Notes: generated by a model from the sequence alone, not told the origin. A DNA stretch of 64,000 nucleotides from an uncultured Bacteroidales bacterium (GCA_963730615.1 CAVSSR010000006.1:196251-260250), one strand, 5' to 3'; positions 31,207 to 43,632 are shown, counted from the stretch's first letter. Numbers and translations: made by a program.

Positions 31207-31989
31207 TTATGCTTTGATCTTTCTTTTATGGATCAGGGAAAGTTCCTCATATGACCTGGAACAACCGTAGACCAGGTAACCCTTTTCGGAAAGTTTCCTG
31301 ATTGCCTCTCTGGATCTTGGTTCGGCCTCTTCAAAATTACGGTCATGAAACTCCACCAGGATCTGATCAACGGTAACCGGCGATGCCAGGATAGTATCGA
31401 TAACATCATATTCGGATCCTTCAATGTCCATTTTAAGTACATCAATATGACTGTGATTGAGTTCCCCGGTGATGTCTGCAAATGTCTTCATCATTACTTT
31501 GACTGACTTTCCGGCATCGACCTCCTTATGCTTAACCAGGCTTCCGGAAACAGCCCTGGGATTGACAGGAAGAAAGAAGTCAGCCTGGCCGGTCGCTGAA
31601 GCACTTATTCCGTAAGGGTGAAAATGAAATCCATCAGGCAACTTTTGATTGCCTATCCAGTCGATTGACACGGGAGTGGGATCGAAAGCGAACACCGAAA
31701 CTCCGTGTTTCCTTATACACCTTAGATCAAAGGAGATGTCCCTTCCGGTTCCGAATGAATAGATGACTGATGACTTGTCAAGAAGTGAAGGAATGATATA
31801 AAAGCCGCCGTAACTTGTTCCATACCACTTGCACTTAACCTTAACAGCAGGTTGCAGATGGCTGAAGAGTGCCGGGTCTGTCATCCGGCTTATCCTGCTC
31901 TTCCTACGGCGTGATAAATATTCAAGCCACAGATTCCCTGCCTTTTCCCTGGCAGATGTGATGATGGAGTTCGCCATTGCAGGATTCAT
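31207..31989 (-). CDS. FkbM family methyltransferase
   Basis: ORF 31207..32040; the probable start is MNPAMANS at 31989, overlapping the upstream TGA (ATGA at 31986-31989). FkbM-type motifs are [18 protein letters not shown] and [16 protein letters not shown]. Confidence 0.7.
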   Translation of the reverse strand: MNPAMANSIITSAREKAGNLWLEYLSRRRKSRISRMTDPALFSHLQPAVKVKCKWYGTSYGGFYIIPSLLDKSSVIYSFGTGRDISFDLRCIRKHGVSVFAFDPTPVSIDWIGNQKLPDGFHFHPYGISASATGQADFFLPVNPRAVSGSLVKHKEVDAGKSVKVMMKTFADITGELNHSHIDVLKMDIEGSEYDVIDTILASPVTVDQILVEFHDRNFEEAEPRSREAIRKLSEKGYLVYGCSRSYEELSLIHKRKIKA

Positions 31990-32567
31990 ACCAGGTCGCA
32001 GGCTTCCGGAGGCATCCAGTGAGCATCCCTGCCTTCCCATTTGATATTGCAGCCAATGGGATTGGTCTTTGTTACTGAAACCGGTTTCCCTGACGTCAGC
32101 TCACCGAGCACGGTATCAAGATTGTTGACTGTCATCCTTGTTACATCACGGGGCGAATCAACTCCTCTGCCAGTGTATACAAGCACCCTTTCTTTATTGA
32201 AGACAAAGAAATGCGGTGTCTTCAGTGCTCCGTATGCCTTGGCCAGAGACTGGTCAGCATCATAAAGGTATTTCCAGGGGAACTTGTGTTTTTCCATCCG
32301 TGCCACCATATTCGGGAAGCTGTCCTCCTCATAAGTGTGTTCACTGTTTGAGTTTATGCCGACAAAGACCACTCCTGCAGACCGGTATTTTTCTGCAGTG
32401 GCACGTGTCACTTCATCCGAGCCGATGACGTAAGGACAATGGTTGCAGGTAAAAAACAGCACCAGGTAAGGATACTCATCAAAATCGGACAGTCCGTACT
32501 CCGGTCCTTCAGTGGAAGGAAGCCTGAAATCAATAACCTTCTGTCCGGGTTCAAGTGTGTAGCTCAT
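31986..32567 (-). CDS. thioredoxin-fold protein (AhpC/TSA-redoxin family)
   Basis: 193-aa intact ORF with a CxxC-type motif in the redoxin context ([13 protein letters not shown]). Confidence 0.75.
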   Translation of the reverse strand: MSYTLEPGQKVIDFRLPSTEGPEYGLSDFDEYPYLVLFFTCNHCPYVIGSDEVTRATAEKYRSAGVVFVGINSNSEHTYEEDSFPNMVARMEKHKFPWKYLYDADQSLAKAYGALKTPHFFVFNKERVLVYTGRGVDSPRDVTRMTVNNLDTVLGELTSGKPVSVTKTNPIGCNIKWEGRDAHWMPPEACDLV

Positions 32568-32750
32568 TGCTGAAATTTTAATCTGTTCATAACAATAAAC
32601 AATCGACGATGACTTTTGTCAGGCAGGGTGCCTCGTTTTACGGATACCAAATTAATCTTTTCGGCTCAAAGCCCTTCCGAATTCTTTAATAATAGTCACG
32701 CAAAGTTTAATAACTTTATGCATTAAGTCCAATTCATAAAGAGTACATCC

Positions 32751-34614
32751 ATGAATACAAACCGCCCTTTGAAGTTAACCTGCTTTTTCCATCTCATCAG
32801 TGTTTTAATGCTCTGTTTCGCTCTCACCGTGCCGGCTGCCAGTCAGCCATCCGGCGGACCGTACGGGCCGGTCAGGCAATCGTGGCCTCTTCCAGTGACT
32901 TCCGGGAAGATATATTATGTTTCCCCTGACGGGAACAGGGAGTCAACAGGTGAGAGCCTTATCCGTTCCTACTACAATTGAGGCAGCCATTGAAAGGGTA
33001 AAAACCGGTGATGTTATCGTTATGCGGGGCGGAACATACCGCACAGGAGATCTGATCCTTAATCAGGGAATAACCATCCAGCCTTACCTGGATGAACAAC
33101 CTGTCATTAAAGGTTCGTATATAGCCGCAGGGTGGAAGGATCTTGGTAACGGTCTCTGGACCACAAAATGGGACAGGCTGTTTCCATCAGCACCTGCCGA
33201 CTGGTGGCAACGCGACAGAAACGGAAAAGAGACACCACTGCACAGGTTCAATGACGATATGGTATTCATTGACGGCAGGCTCCTGCAGGCTGCAGGCTAC
33301 GAAGGGGAGGTCGATGAAACATCCTTTTATATAGATTATTTATCAGGACTGGTATATATCGGAATTAACCCGGCAAATCATCTCGTGGAAATTACTGCAT
33401 TCAATGTAGGACTCCACCGGATTACCGGGGAATGTCACGGCATGGCTGCAGATCATCTCGGTCCTGTAATCAGGGGCATTACATTCACACAGTATGCCTA
33501 CAGGGCGATCGAAGTGGACGGGAAGGATCCGGAAGGCATTTCTCCCGAAAGCGATCATGGAAAAGATGTCGTCGGCACAACGCTTGAACATTGCACCATC
33601 ACGTTCTGCTCGCGGGTGGCAGCATACCTGCGGGGCGACAGGCTGACCATCAGGAGCTGCAAGGTCAGTGATACGAGCACCGAGGGAATCTATATCCTGA
33701 GTTCTTCTGACGTGCTGCTTGAAAAGAATATCTTCACGCGTAACAACATCGAACATATTACAGGATACTATCCTGCCGCGGTGAAGATATTCAACCAGTG
33801 CTACAGGGTGACATGCCGCGATAACCTGATCACCGGCCTGCCATTCTCAAACGGCATCTGGTATGATGTGGGCAATGTTGATGGTGTTTTCATAAACAAC
33901 CGGGTGGAAGGTGTGGGAGATATAAACAGGAAAATATCCGATCTGCAGACATGGCCCAGTGAGAGCGGTTTCTTTTTTGAGATATCAAAGGGAGCCATAT
34001 GTGCAGGCAACGTATTTGTGAACTGCGAACTTGGTGTACATATCCTGAACAGCTGTGATGTCAGGATGTACCAGAATACATTTATCAACAGCACGGCCTG
34101 CGTCAGCCGCAGCGAGAGAAGCGCCGTGGGCGATCACTTCGGATGGCATCCGGCCACCGGTCCCGGTGTGGATGAGCGTGACGGCCATGTCTTCGTCAAT
34201 AACCTGATGACCGGCGATGACGGGTTTAACAGGCCGCTGCTGTTTGTATGGCAGCGTAAGATGCTTTGCGACAGACTCAAAGAGCCTCAGTTCGCTCAGA
34301 TTGACCATAACGTATATGTGCAAAACCCCTCCGGCAGGACCATGCCGCTGATCCTCTGGAGCCCGGCTGCAAATGATAAATGCATGGCAGCTTTTGATTC
34401 ACCTGCTGAACTGAATAAGCTTCACCCGCAGTTTTCTGCACACAGCTTGTTTTTTGCCGGGGGAAGCGTATACAAAAGCCGCGAGCTCGGTAACTACCAG
34501 ATACTTCCTTCATTCCCCGGGATAAAGGCAGCATCTCCTTTACCGGCAGATATCAGCTCACTTCTCGGCAGGCCAAAAAAAGGCTTGCCCTATATCGGAG
34601 CTTATCCCCTGTAA
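32751..34614 (+). CDS. secreted right-handed parallel beta-helix repeat protein (pectate-lyase-fold; one frameshift near 32940)
   Basis: The signal peptide and N-terminus are in ORF 32751..32981 (...IYYVSPDGN). The body is in ORF 32917..34614, with successive beta-helix turns (ITFCSRVAAYLRGDRLTIRSCKVSD, GIYILSSSDVLLEKNIF, NGIWYDVGNVDGVFINN). Confidence 0.6.
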
Positions 34615-34645
34615 AAAAAAGACCCTGAGGCAATGCCACAGGGTC
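34613..34645 (-). terminator. rho-independent terminator between convergent genes
   Basis: GACCCTG (34621-27) pairs with CAGGGTC (34639-45) around an 11-nt loop. An A8 run precedes it on the + strand, which is T8 after the hairpin on the - strand. It lies between the beta-helix gene stop (34614) and the serine hydrolase stop (34693). Confidence 0.65.
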
Positions 34646-34692
34646 ACAGGTTGACTGAACAGGAAAGCTTATTAAAAGCCTGGTAAAGACTA

Positions 34693-35833
34693 TTATTCCA
34701 GCCAGTTATTCTTTTCGAGGAGGGCAATGCCTTCCATGATTATCTTATTCAAATCGTCAGGCGGCCGGTTAAAAAGACCGATAAACAGAATATCCTTTTC
34801 AGGAATAACGATGTAGAATGCCCTGAAGCCTCCCTGGTCACCGTTGTGATAAATCAGGTTAACCCCTGTTTTATTCTCTTCGTCAAGAAATTGTTTTTCT
34901 CCTATAAACCAGCTGTAACCGATAAACGGATCGCTGGCACCTGCCCAGTTTTCAGGCCTGAAAACTGTACGTGATTCATCAGTAAGCTCCTTGCCGAGGA
35001 AGATATTCTGCTCCAGGGCTTTTTCATATTGGGCAAGCTCTGTGACAGAGCTCCACACCCCTCCGTTGCCTGCAGCCGCGAAAGTCGGGTACTCACCGTA
35101 ATCGGATTCAATATACCTGCCATCCTTCAGCTCATATCCGTGCGCAACACCTTCCTGAGGGTAAGGCCCGTCGGTTATCTTGCTGTTGACCATTCCGGAT
35201 GGCAGAAAGATGCTGTCTGTAATGAATTTCTGCCATTGCTGACCTGTCACTTTTTCAATGATAAGCGCCAGTCCGTTATATGCCGGGTTGGAGTATTCAA
35301 ATCTTTCTCCGGGCTCAAAATTCAGAGCTGTCGGCCTGCTTTACCGGCGCAAAGTTTTCCTCATCCTTTGCGCTCAGGAAGAAATCAAAATTATTATCCA
35401 CATCTCTGTTGTCAGGCAGGCCGGAAGTGTGTGACAGCAAATGCTTTATTTTTACTTTATCTGCAATATCCCGGTTTTTGAAATCGTCGAAATACATCGA
35501 AATACTGTCGTCAAGTGACAGTTTCCCGTTTTCTTTCAGGATCAGTATGCCGTTGGAGACAAATGTCTTCGATACAGAACCCAGGTTGAACAGGGTGTTG
35601 CCGGTGATCTTTTCCTTTGTGTCAAGATCAGCCAGCCCGTAACTGCGCAGGAATACCGTCACATGTCCCTTTTTGACCAGCACGGAACCTCCCGGTTCGT
35701 CAGCATTGAATTCTTTTACAAGTAATGAATCCAGTTCCCGTGCGAGATTATCTGCGGATTTATATGAGTTGCATGCAGTCATAAAAAGGGATAAAAGAAG
35801 GATTCCTCCGGTATTAATCTTTGACTTACTCAT
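34693..35833 (-). CDS. serine hydrolase, beta-lactamase family lipoprotein (frameshift between 35250 and 35330)
   Basis: The N-terminal piece runs from MSKSKINTGGILLLSLFMTACNS at 35833, with the SxxK motif (GSVSKTF). The C-terminal piece is 34693..35250 (AAAGNGGVWSS, YHNGDQGGF). Confidence 0.8.
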
Positions 35834-35834
35834 T

Positions 35835-37501
35835 TTAATAACCTGTACTGTCAAATACTTTCCTTCCGCCGACCCATGTCTGGAGCACTTTTGTATCCCT
35901 GATCTTAACAGGATCAATTGCTGTGATGTCATCACCCAGCACTACAAAATCAGCCAGTTTGCCGGGTTCGAGCGTTCCCTTGATCTTCTCCTCGAAGGAG
36001 GCATAGGCGGCATTTTTAGTATAAGCTGTCAGCGCCTGTTCAACTGTGATCTTCTGCTCCGGCACCCAGCCTTCCGGGTTCTTGTCATCGAGAGTCCTGC
36101 GGGTGACGGCAGCGTAGATACCCTCCATGGGTGTTGCCGGGGCTACAGGCCAGTCGCTGCCGAAAGCAACGACAGCTCCTGCATCAAATAACGACTTAAA
36201 CACATACATCGATTTAACCCGTTCAGGGCCGATCAGAGGTTCAGCCCACCTGCCGTCATCGATGGCGTGGTAAGGCTGCATGCATGCAATGACGTTCAGC
36301 TTTGCAAATCTTTCAATATCACCCGGGGGCAATGTGCTGTGCATGCTCAATCCTGAACCTCCGGTCTCTCTCACCGTTTTCATTCTCCACCTGCTCATAG
36401 ATGCCTAGCATTATATTGATCGCACGGTCGCCTATTGCGTGGATCCCGACCTGCAGTCCGGCCTTGTCAGCATTTGATATCCATGTATACAGATCCTCCC
36501 TGGTATTGACCAGGAGGCCGGAATCAGTTATCAGATCAGTGTACGGTTCAAGAAATGCAGCAGTGTGGGAGCCCAGTGAACCGTCAATAAAGCCCTTGAG
36601 TCCGCCGGTCCTTATCCAGTTATCACCTTTTCCGTCACGCTCAACCTGTTTCTGCAGCTTCTCCCATCGGCTGATCGTCTCCATGATATATACCCGGGTG
36701 ATGAGGTTTCCGTCGTTTCTGACTTTCTCAATTGCATCTGCATAGCTGGCGGCATCAACGGCATGAACGGATGTCACGCCGTTTGACGCAAAATAATTCA
36801 TTGCTGCCCGCAATGCTTTGTCAACCTGCTCATCCGATGCAGATGGTATCTTGCCGAAAATGTAATCCATCGCATTGTCCTTGAAAATCCCTGTCAGCTC
36901 ACCGGCTTCATTGCGCACAATGGTTCCGCCACTGACATCCTTCACCTTCCTGTCAATACCGGCCTGCTTCAAAGCGAGGGAGTTTGCCAGAGCCATATGT
37001 CCGTCGAGCCTCTCGACAAAGACAGGATTGTCAGGCGTGACAGAATCGATCCAGCTTCTTTCAGGCAGTGTTTCCCATCCCTTGCCGTCCCATTCACCGC
37101 CGGTGATCCATGTCCCGGGTTTAACGGAAGCGGCAAAGTCAGCCAGCCTTTTTATGAACTCCTCAGGTGTTGAGGCATCCCTGAGCTGCACTGAAGAAAG
37201 ATTTAACCCTCCCTGCAGAAAGTGTAAATGAGAATCTATAATGCCGGGGATGACAAATTTTCCTTCCAGATCGGTAACGACGGTAGTTTTCACTTTTAAG
37301 TTTCATGATATCCCGGTTACTCCCCACCGCAATGATTGTGTCACCTGAGATGGCCATGGCTTCCGCCAGGGGCTGGCTTTCATTGCCGGTCCAGATTTTT
37401 GCATTTGTTATTATCATATCTGACGACTGATTATTGTTCTGACATGAGATCACACTGAACAGCAGTGCAACCGTAACGAGGTATTTGTGGAATTTTTTCA
37501 T
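35835..37501 (-). CDS. amidohydrolase family metallo-hydrolase (YtcJ-like; 2 frameshifts)
   Basis: There are three pieces. 37163..37501 has the signal peptide and NAKIWTG. 36319..37293 has [13 protein letters not shown] and [13 protein letters not shown]. 35835..36398 has [11 protein letters not shown] and FGSDWPVAP. The shifts are near 37290 and 36370. Confidence 0.8.
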
Positions 37502-37551
37502 GTGAGTTAGCCTGTATTAATTGGAGATTTTTTCTTTTTTCTCAGTTGTAA

Positions 37552-38349
37552 TCACTCGTTCAGCAGCTTCAGGGTTACCAGGTAAGCACAGTGATCTGAT
37601 GCAATGGAATCGCATATAACCTTTGTCTCAACGGTTTCCCATCTCTCTGCGGGGAAATGCATGACATAGTCGATCTTTATCCTCGGAGCATCAGACGGAA
37701 ATGTGGGTTCAGGATTGATTTTATCATAAGAGGCTGACCATATCTCTTCGAGGATTTTGATCGGGTTGCTGCCTGGCTGAGCATTCAGGTCACCCGCCAG
37801 GATAGCAGGGTAGGGGCCCGAAGCAAACTCTTCATTGACCTTCTCAGCCTGTGCTATCCTGTCAGTTTCAGGATTAAGATGATCGAAGTGGGTTCCGACA
37901 AATGATATTGTATCTCCTGACGGCAGTACCACAACTGCTTCAAGTGCAGTCCTTGGTTCATTTCCAGGGGTATAAGGCAGGGGAACATTCCTGGTTGTTA
38001 TAAAACTGTATTTCGATAAAATTCCTTCGCCGTACTCTCCGCCGTCATAGTACATCGCCCTTCCGAACAAAGGCGCCATATGTGTTCTTATCCCCAGCTC
38101 TGTTGCCAGGTCAATATGCCCGGATCTGTTTGTATTTAAATCAACTTCCTGCAGTGCCACAAGATCAGGATCAGCATCGTTGATCACTCTGGCTATGGCA
38201 TCGAGGTTATAATCACCCCGGGTAGTAGCGCCGTGATAAATATTAAATGACAGTATTTTTACTGTAAAATGATTGTCACTCAGGTCCTGCGCCTGGCATG
38301 CCTGTGCAGCCAGAAGTACCGTCAGGAGAAGTGCGATTTTGATTTTCAT
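37552..38349 (-). CDS. endonuclease/exonuclease/phosphatase (EEP) family protein, secreted
   Basis: ORF 37552..38409; the likely start is MKIKIALLLTVLLAAQA at 38349. EEP motifs are ILSFNIYHG, LVALQEVD, GTHFDH and SDHCAY. Confidence 0.85.
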   Translation of the reverse strand: MKIKIALLLTVLLAAQACQAQDLSDNHFTVKILSFNIYHGATTRGDYNLDAIARVINDADPDLVALQEVDLNTNRSGHIDLATELGIRTHMAPLFGRAMYYDGGEYGEGILSKYSFITTRNVPLPYTPGNEPRTALEAVVVLPSGDTISFVGTHFDHLNPETDRIAQAEKVNEEFASGPYPAILAGDLNAQPGSNPIKILEEIWSASYDKINPEPTFPSDAPRIKIDYVMHFPAERWETVETKVICDSIASDHCAYLVTLKLLNE

Positions 38350-38740
38350 TTGCAGCAGTGCCGGATTGTTATTTAGGTTGTGCAGCTCCAGCCTGTTAAT
38401 GTTCAGCAATAGTTACACAGTTGGGACAGGCGATCCCATCAGAGTAAAATTGTTGTTCATGTTTTTAAAATTAAGAAAGTTTCTATCAGACAAAGTGCCT
38501 TCACTGTCTACACGGTCAAGAAAAGTCAAATCGATGACAGACCGGCATTGGTAGTCGAATTGTTCCGACCACAGTATGCTGTTCAGCACGTTGACTGAAT
38601 TGAACAGGCATAAGTCACATTGTCTGACAGCATGAAAAGCTGTATTATCATTTCATGTTTTAATGGAGCTAAGAGCTTGCGGAAATTAATGCCACAGGCA
38701 GATATTGAGGTCTAGCCAGTCATAAAGTGGTCAGGATTGG

Positions 38741-39232
38741 TCAGCCAGTCATAAATGTCAGATGCTCTCTCGATTTATTCTCAACATAGAAATCTCCGGT
38801 CTGCCTGATGAGAACATACCTGTACCTGTTGTGTCCGGGTTCATATATGTATCCAACATATGAAAGCGAGCCGAAATCACACATCTGATGTTCCGGAGTC
38901 GACAGTTTCCCTTCCCGGGCATTTATAAGTTTGTCCGAGTATTTCAGCATTTCAGTCTTGCTGACCGCACATGATTTCTCTCCGAGCTGAGCCAGATTCT
39001 CTTCCATGTCAGCCTCACTTATATAGCCCTCACTGTCGGGAAAATTCCACTCAGCAGGAAGGTTGAATTCCCTTACAACTCCGGCAGCATCAATAATTGA
39101 TCCGGAATGCTGATATCCCCAGGCGTAGTTAATATACTGAATCTCGAATATTGCTGTCCGATCGTTCTCAGTCATTATTCTCACACGCACTGAGAAAAAA
39201 AAGCAGAAAAAGTATGGTTAGTGTGCGTATCA
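38741..39232 (-). CDS. hypothetical lipoprotein (probable frameshift just after the lipobox)
   Basis: ORF 38741..39190. Upstream, ATG at 39232 gives MIRTLTILFLLFFLSACENN, which is out of frame by 1 nt with the ORF body. I recognise no domain. Confidence 0.4.
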
Positions 39233-39357
39233 TAGGTTTTGGAGGTGTGGCTGATGTCATATGCGGTACAAAATCAAATAAAATGGCACAAATAACATGC
39301 CAGACAACCGGACTGGGTGCTCTTTAAACCATCCCGCCTGCCAGTACACACTTTTGA

Positions 39358-39723
39358 TCATTGGATCAGCAGTCTCCCCACAGCCTCTTCAACTGAATTT
39401 ACAAAATTGACTGTCCTGCCACGGTTGCTCTCCCTGATAAAATCTCTCAGGCTTTTGCTTTTGATGTCTGTGAAGTCTCCGATAATTGCCAGCCTCACCC
39501 GGTAATTTGAGAACTTCTGAAGGATTTCCCCGGCCAGCCCGGTTTTGAGATCGAAGAAGTCACGGTGCAGACTCTTTTCGTGAACGATTAATCTGTTGCA
39601 GTCATGATATCCTGCTTCCGCAAGGATGTCCAGCATATCACCGGCACTCGTTATTAAGTCAGATTCGGGTTCTAATTCAGCTATTTTAAAGTTCCCGGAT
39701 GCTGTGTGATACTTTATCATCAA
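39358..39723 (-). CDS. DUF4180-like small protein
   Basis: 121-aa intact ORF. From memory its sequence pattern (DCNRLIVHEKSLHRDFFDLKTGLAGEILQKFSNYRVRLAIIGDF) resembles the DUF4180 family. This is not verified by search. Confidence 0.55.
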   Translation of the reverse strand: MMIKYHTASGNFKIAELEPESDLITSAGDMLDILAEAGYHDCNRLIVHEKSLHRDFFDLKTGLAGEILQKFSNYRVRLAIIGDFTDIKSKSLRDFIRESNRGRTVNFVNSVEEAVGRLLIQ

Positions 39724-39731
39724 TGTTGTAC

Positions 39732-40762
39732 CTATTTCAGCGATTTGCTTATTCCGACATAGTATAAATCAAATCCGCCCTTTCCTCCGGGCCGGTTCGA
39801 GGAAAAGATCATCAGATCATTAAGGAAATTATTGAGGAAATGATTCCTCGTCCATTTCGGCTATTACAGGCCTGTACTCATCGTATTCCGTATTTATTGC
39901 ATCTCCGAAATTTACAGGGGCAGACCATTGGTTATTGACATACTTTGAATACCAGAGGTCAAAGCCGCCAAATCCGCCTGCCCTGTCTGAAGCGAATACC
40001 ATGATATCACCCCTGATATAGGGACACTTGTCATCACTTCCTGTGCTTAATGCCTCTACTTTCTCAATGACCACACCCGTGGATTGATTTATTAATTTAT
40101 CCGGGTTGCCGGTGGCTTTATAAATGTCAAAATTGTCACCCCTGTCTGATGTAAAATAAAGGACTTCGGACCTGGTCTGATTGTCATAGAAAATTGTCGG
40201 ATACGCATCATCAGACCCGGAATTTATTTCAGAAAGCTCAGCAGGTTCACCTGATATTACATATTCATCATCCTCCACTTTCAGATCAGCCCAGTAAATG
40301 TCAAGACTTCCTCCCTTGTCAGAGGCATAAAAGAAACGTTTCTGAGCATCTGTGAGCTGTGTCGGATCAAAAAAACCATTTGCCGGATCATACACCAGGC
40401 AAGGACCAAGTTCATTGCCTGCTGAGTTAATTGAATCAATAAGTTCCCATTCCCTGAAATCAGCATGCATTTCGAATTCTCCGGAAATAAGAGCTGAGTA
40501 AGCCATGCAGTCGTAACAGATAAAATCAAAATCGCCTGCGATTTTTCTGTTCGTTGAAAAAATAAGTGTGAAATATTTTTCGGACCAGTCATAATCCAGG
40601 TCCGAATTATAATCATCGTGTGAAGAATTGACTGCCTTGAAATTCTGGGGCGTAACAGGTATAAGGCCTTTGTCAAAATTCAGCCTGTGTGTGTCGTAGC
40701 AGGAAGTCAGTATTATTGGAAATACCAGTGATTAGTGATCGTAAAGCTTTTATTCTATTCAT
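39732..40762 (-). CDS. PD40/TolB-like repeat lipoprotein (2 frameshifts)
   Basis: ATG at 40762 gives MNRIKALRS. After a shift near 40730 the frame reads LVFPIILTSCYDTH (lipobox). The frame is then open through ORF 39829..40506 (SSHDDYNSDL, YFTSDRGDNFDIY, FASDRAGGFGGFDLWY). After a shift near 39835 a last repeat MIFSSNRPGGKGGFDLYYV ends at 39732. Confidence 0.65.
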
Positions 40763-40774
40763 GGTCGGGACGGT

Positions 40775-41466
40775 TTAAAGCATGATAGTTAAGCCGATGT
40801 TTATATTCTGAAAACTGACAGGCAGGTTGAAATGCTGTTCGAAACTGGTTTCATCACTGAATGCGGGAGTGGTGGAAAACCGGCTGTAAGAGAGGTTGAT
40901 TCCATACTTTTCTGAAAAGTAATAGTTAAGCTGCGCTTTTATGCCGGCGGATGCGGCATGCGGAATTATCCTTACTGACGCTGTTAATCACCCCTGTCTC
41001 ATCATCGGTGACAACCAGATCAGGATGATGACACAGTGCAAATCCGATCATCGGAACAAACAAAACTTCAAAGTCACTTCCTATCGGTATCTTGAATACT
41101 AACCCGAAGGATGTATTGAGGAACTGGTAAGCACCTGCTTCCGTCTTTATCCCATCCGTTCTGTTTAATGCAAGGTAGTATTCATTTGTGTATGCACTTT
41201 CATTGAAACCAAAAGCTGCATATCCGATACTGGCATTTAAAGCAAAATATTTACCGGTATAGCGGTAATAGTTCAGTTCGATGTTTCCTCCGGCAGTTGC
41301 AAAGCCTGCATCGTAATCAAAGGTTGTTTCTGCAAATTCGTTTGTGGGTATTGAAACCCCCAGGTGTCCGCTGAAAACATTCTTTTTGTTCTCATTCTGG
41401 GCATGCAGGTTATATCCCGAAAGTGAGAAGCAAAACGCATGGCAAAAGCTTAATTACCAGTCTCAT
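40775..41466 (-). CDS. outer-membrane beta-barrel protein (porin-family-like; 2 frameshifts)
   Basis: No listed ORF covers this stretch. The minus strand from ATG 41466 reads MRLVIKLLPCVLLLTF. In shifted frames it reads HAQNENKKNVFSGHLGVSIPTNEF...NIELNYYRYTGKYFALNASIGYAAFGF...GIKAQLNYYFSEKYGINLSYSRF...NINIGLTIML. This is an alternating beta-strand pattern with an aromatic-rich C-terminus. Confidence 0.45.
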
Positions 41467-41540
41467 GATTCAACAGGTTAACTTAAGTAAAGGTATTTGT
41501 TATTCTGAATAATGACCGTCAGGGGAACAGGCATCTGTTA

Positions 41541-42593
41541 TCATTTTTTATCAATGTCCTTAAAATAGTTTTTTATAAGCTTGCCGAATACCTTGTCCTT
41601 TTTCCGTTTCTCTGCAATTGTAGATTCGTAATGGGCTTTTTCCCTCTGTAACTTAATGTAGTTTTCATACGAGTCTTTATCGATTTCTCCATTATTGACA
41701 GCTGCAATAACATTACAGCCAATTTCATTTGTATGAGTACAGTCTTTAAATCTGCACTTCTGAGAAAGACTTACAATTAAGTCGAATGTAATTTCCAATC
41801 CGTTTGCTGAATCTGCAATGCCCAGTTCTTTCATTCCCGGCGTGTCAATAATGATGCCTCCATTTTCCAGAACGAACAATTCACGGTGGTCAGTGACATG
41901 TCTGCCCTTATTGGTGCTAAGACTTATTTGTCCGGTTTTTAAGATGTTCTTTTTTAACAGGTTATTTATGAGGGTCGATTTACCAACTCCTGAGGAGCCA
42001 ATTACGCAATATGTCTTACCCTTTTGTATAAAATCCAGTACCTGGTCAAGCCCCTGAAGGGTCATGTTACTAAGCAGAATATACTTTATTCTGCTGTCTC
42101 TTTTTTCGAGGCTGCTTATGGCATCCTGTACTTCTTCTTCGGTGGACAGATCAATCTTGCTGATTACCAGAACCGGTTCAATATTGGCTGAATAGCATAT
42201 TGTCAGGTATCGTTCAAGCCTGTTGATGCTGAAATTATTGTTTATTGCCTGAACAATGAAAGCCGCATCAATATTGGTGGAAATGATCTGAGTTTCACCA
42301 GGTTTACCGACAGCCAGTCTTTCGAGTATTGATTTTCTGGGAAGTATTTCATGAATGATTGCCTGATCTGAATCATATACTGTCATTGTAACCCAGTCGC
42401 CTACAGCAGGAAAGTCAGTCCGTGAGCTGGCGGAGAATCTCAGGTTACCGGTAATCTCTGCCTCATATTCTTTATCGCCATCTGAGACGACATATCTTTC
42501 ACGGTGCTCCTGAGTTACCCTGCCGACAGAAAAGTCTGAGAGATTATTTTCTTCCAGGTACGCAGATGAGATCGGCAGTAAAGCCAAGGTCAT
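41541..42593 (-). CDS. rsgA: ribosome small subunit-dependent GTPase A
   Basis: 350-aa intact ORF with an OB-fold N-terminus and a circularly permuted GTPase (ISKIDL then GSSGVGKSTLIN, DTPG). The C-terminal zinc knuckle is CRFKDCTHTNEIGC. Confidence 0.9.
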   Translation of the reverse strand: MTLALLPISSAYLEENNLSDFSVGRVTQEHRERYVVSDGDKEYEAEITGNLRFSASSRTDFPAVGDWVTMTVYDSDQAIIHEILPRKSILERLAVGKPGETQIISTNIDAAFIVQAINNNFSINRLERYLTICYSANIEPVLVISKIDLSTEEEVQDAISSLEKRDSRIKYILLSNMTLQGLDQVLDFIQKGKTYCVIGSSGVGKSTLINNLLKKNILKTGQISLSTNKGRHVTDHRELFVLENGGIIIDTPGMKELGIADSANGLEITFDLIVSLSQKCRFKDCTHTNEIGCNVIAAVNNGEIDKDSYENYIKLQREKAHYESTIAEKRKKDKVFGKLIKNYFKDIDKK

Positions 42594-42626
42594 TGATGTT
42601 CATTTCCGGGATTTATGTTTCCACTG

Positions 42627-43632
42627 TCAATAGTCGTCCTTATTGAATGGCGAGAACGACGATGCCCCCGGGGGTTGAACCTCAAAGATAAGTGCGACAT
42701 GAAGCCGTGGCCCCTGGAAATAATCAATCGTGACCTGGTGAATACCCTCAGAAAGATATATGCTGCCCTCCGCGGCTGAGGTCCGGTGCTGCCCGTCATT
42801 GTTTATAACGATTTTGTTGTCGATGATCAGCCTTGAGCCGTCATCGCTGGTGAGTTTGAATGAGTAATTACCCTCCTGCGACTGCTCTTATCCTGATCTC
42901 TCCGGTATAGCGGATGGCAAACCATTCAAAACGACTGGTTACGTTTGGAAATCCCTAGTCAAATGGCTCTTTCCGGTATGTTCAGGATTTTGGTATAAAT
43001 CTGCTCCGACTGAAGTCAGCGAGGAAAAGTCCGGTAGTTGTGATGTTCCTTCCGGAAGGTAATAGATATCGCCAGTGAATGCATTCTGGATCCATCTGTT
43101 GTTTCCGAAGACTTCCTGTTCTTCAGTCTGAGCTTCGGCAACCGGTTCGTATGACATATGAGCAATAAGCATATTGCAGGTCAGGTGTTTTGTTATAGGC
43201 TCCGCCACCTCAGCAAAAACAGTATAGTTTTTGTTTCTTTCAACCGGTACGTTCCAGTCGATCGAAGCAGCTACTGTTCCAGGGAGATTATCGGTAAGGG
43301 GTATGCTCTTCTGAAAATATATAGCTGATCCATCCATGATGGTGAGCCTTATTTTCACATTCTGACAGTCTTCCGGGGCGTGATTGTATACTGATGTCGT
43401 GATGTTAATTTTCCCCGGATCCGTAATGTCCGGTTCGAATTCAATAACCGGCTGAAGGGCTGACCAGGCCGACCTCCAGACTGAATAAACTGCGAAAACA
43501 GCCTCAATAATTCCTTCTGCAGGAGATAAAAACAAGTATTGTGAATTTTCTCTGGTCCTGCCGGCCACTTTGGATGCAAACCTCCATACCTGTTCTGACT
43601 GTATGCCTGCGGCATTACCACTGAATTCATAG
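42627..43632 (-). CDS. CARDB-like plus PA14 domain region (at least 2 frameshifts; possibly the C-terminal part of the upstream gene)
   Basis: ORF 42939..43568 has an Ig/CARDB-like segment (INITTSVYNHAPEDCQNVKIRLTI). Downstream, in shifting frames, it reads FEWFAIRYTGEI...YSFKLTSDDGSRLIIDNKIVINNDGQHR...GIHQVTIDYFQGP, which is PA14/GLEYA-type. The stop is at 42627. The listed ORF 42590..42799 is a shadow frame. Confidence 0.55.

Noticed and set aside
42590-42799. The 69-aa ORF between the PA14 region and rsgA
   Set aside because: It overlaps the frame that encodes a clear PA14 motif (TSDDGSRLIIDNKIVINNDGQH...DYFQGP). Its Arg/Ser/Pro-rich composition is typical of an off-frame reading.
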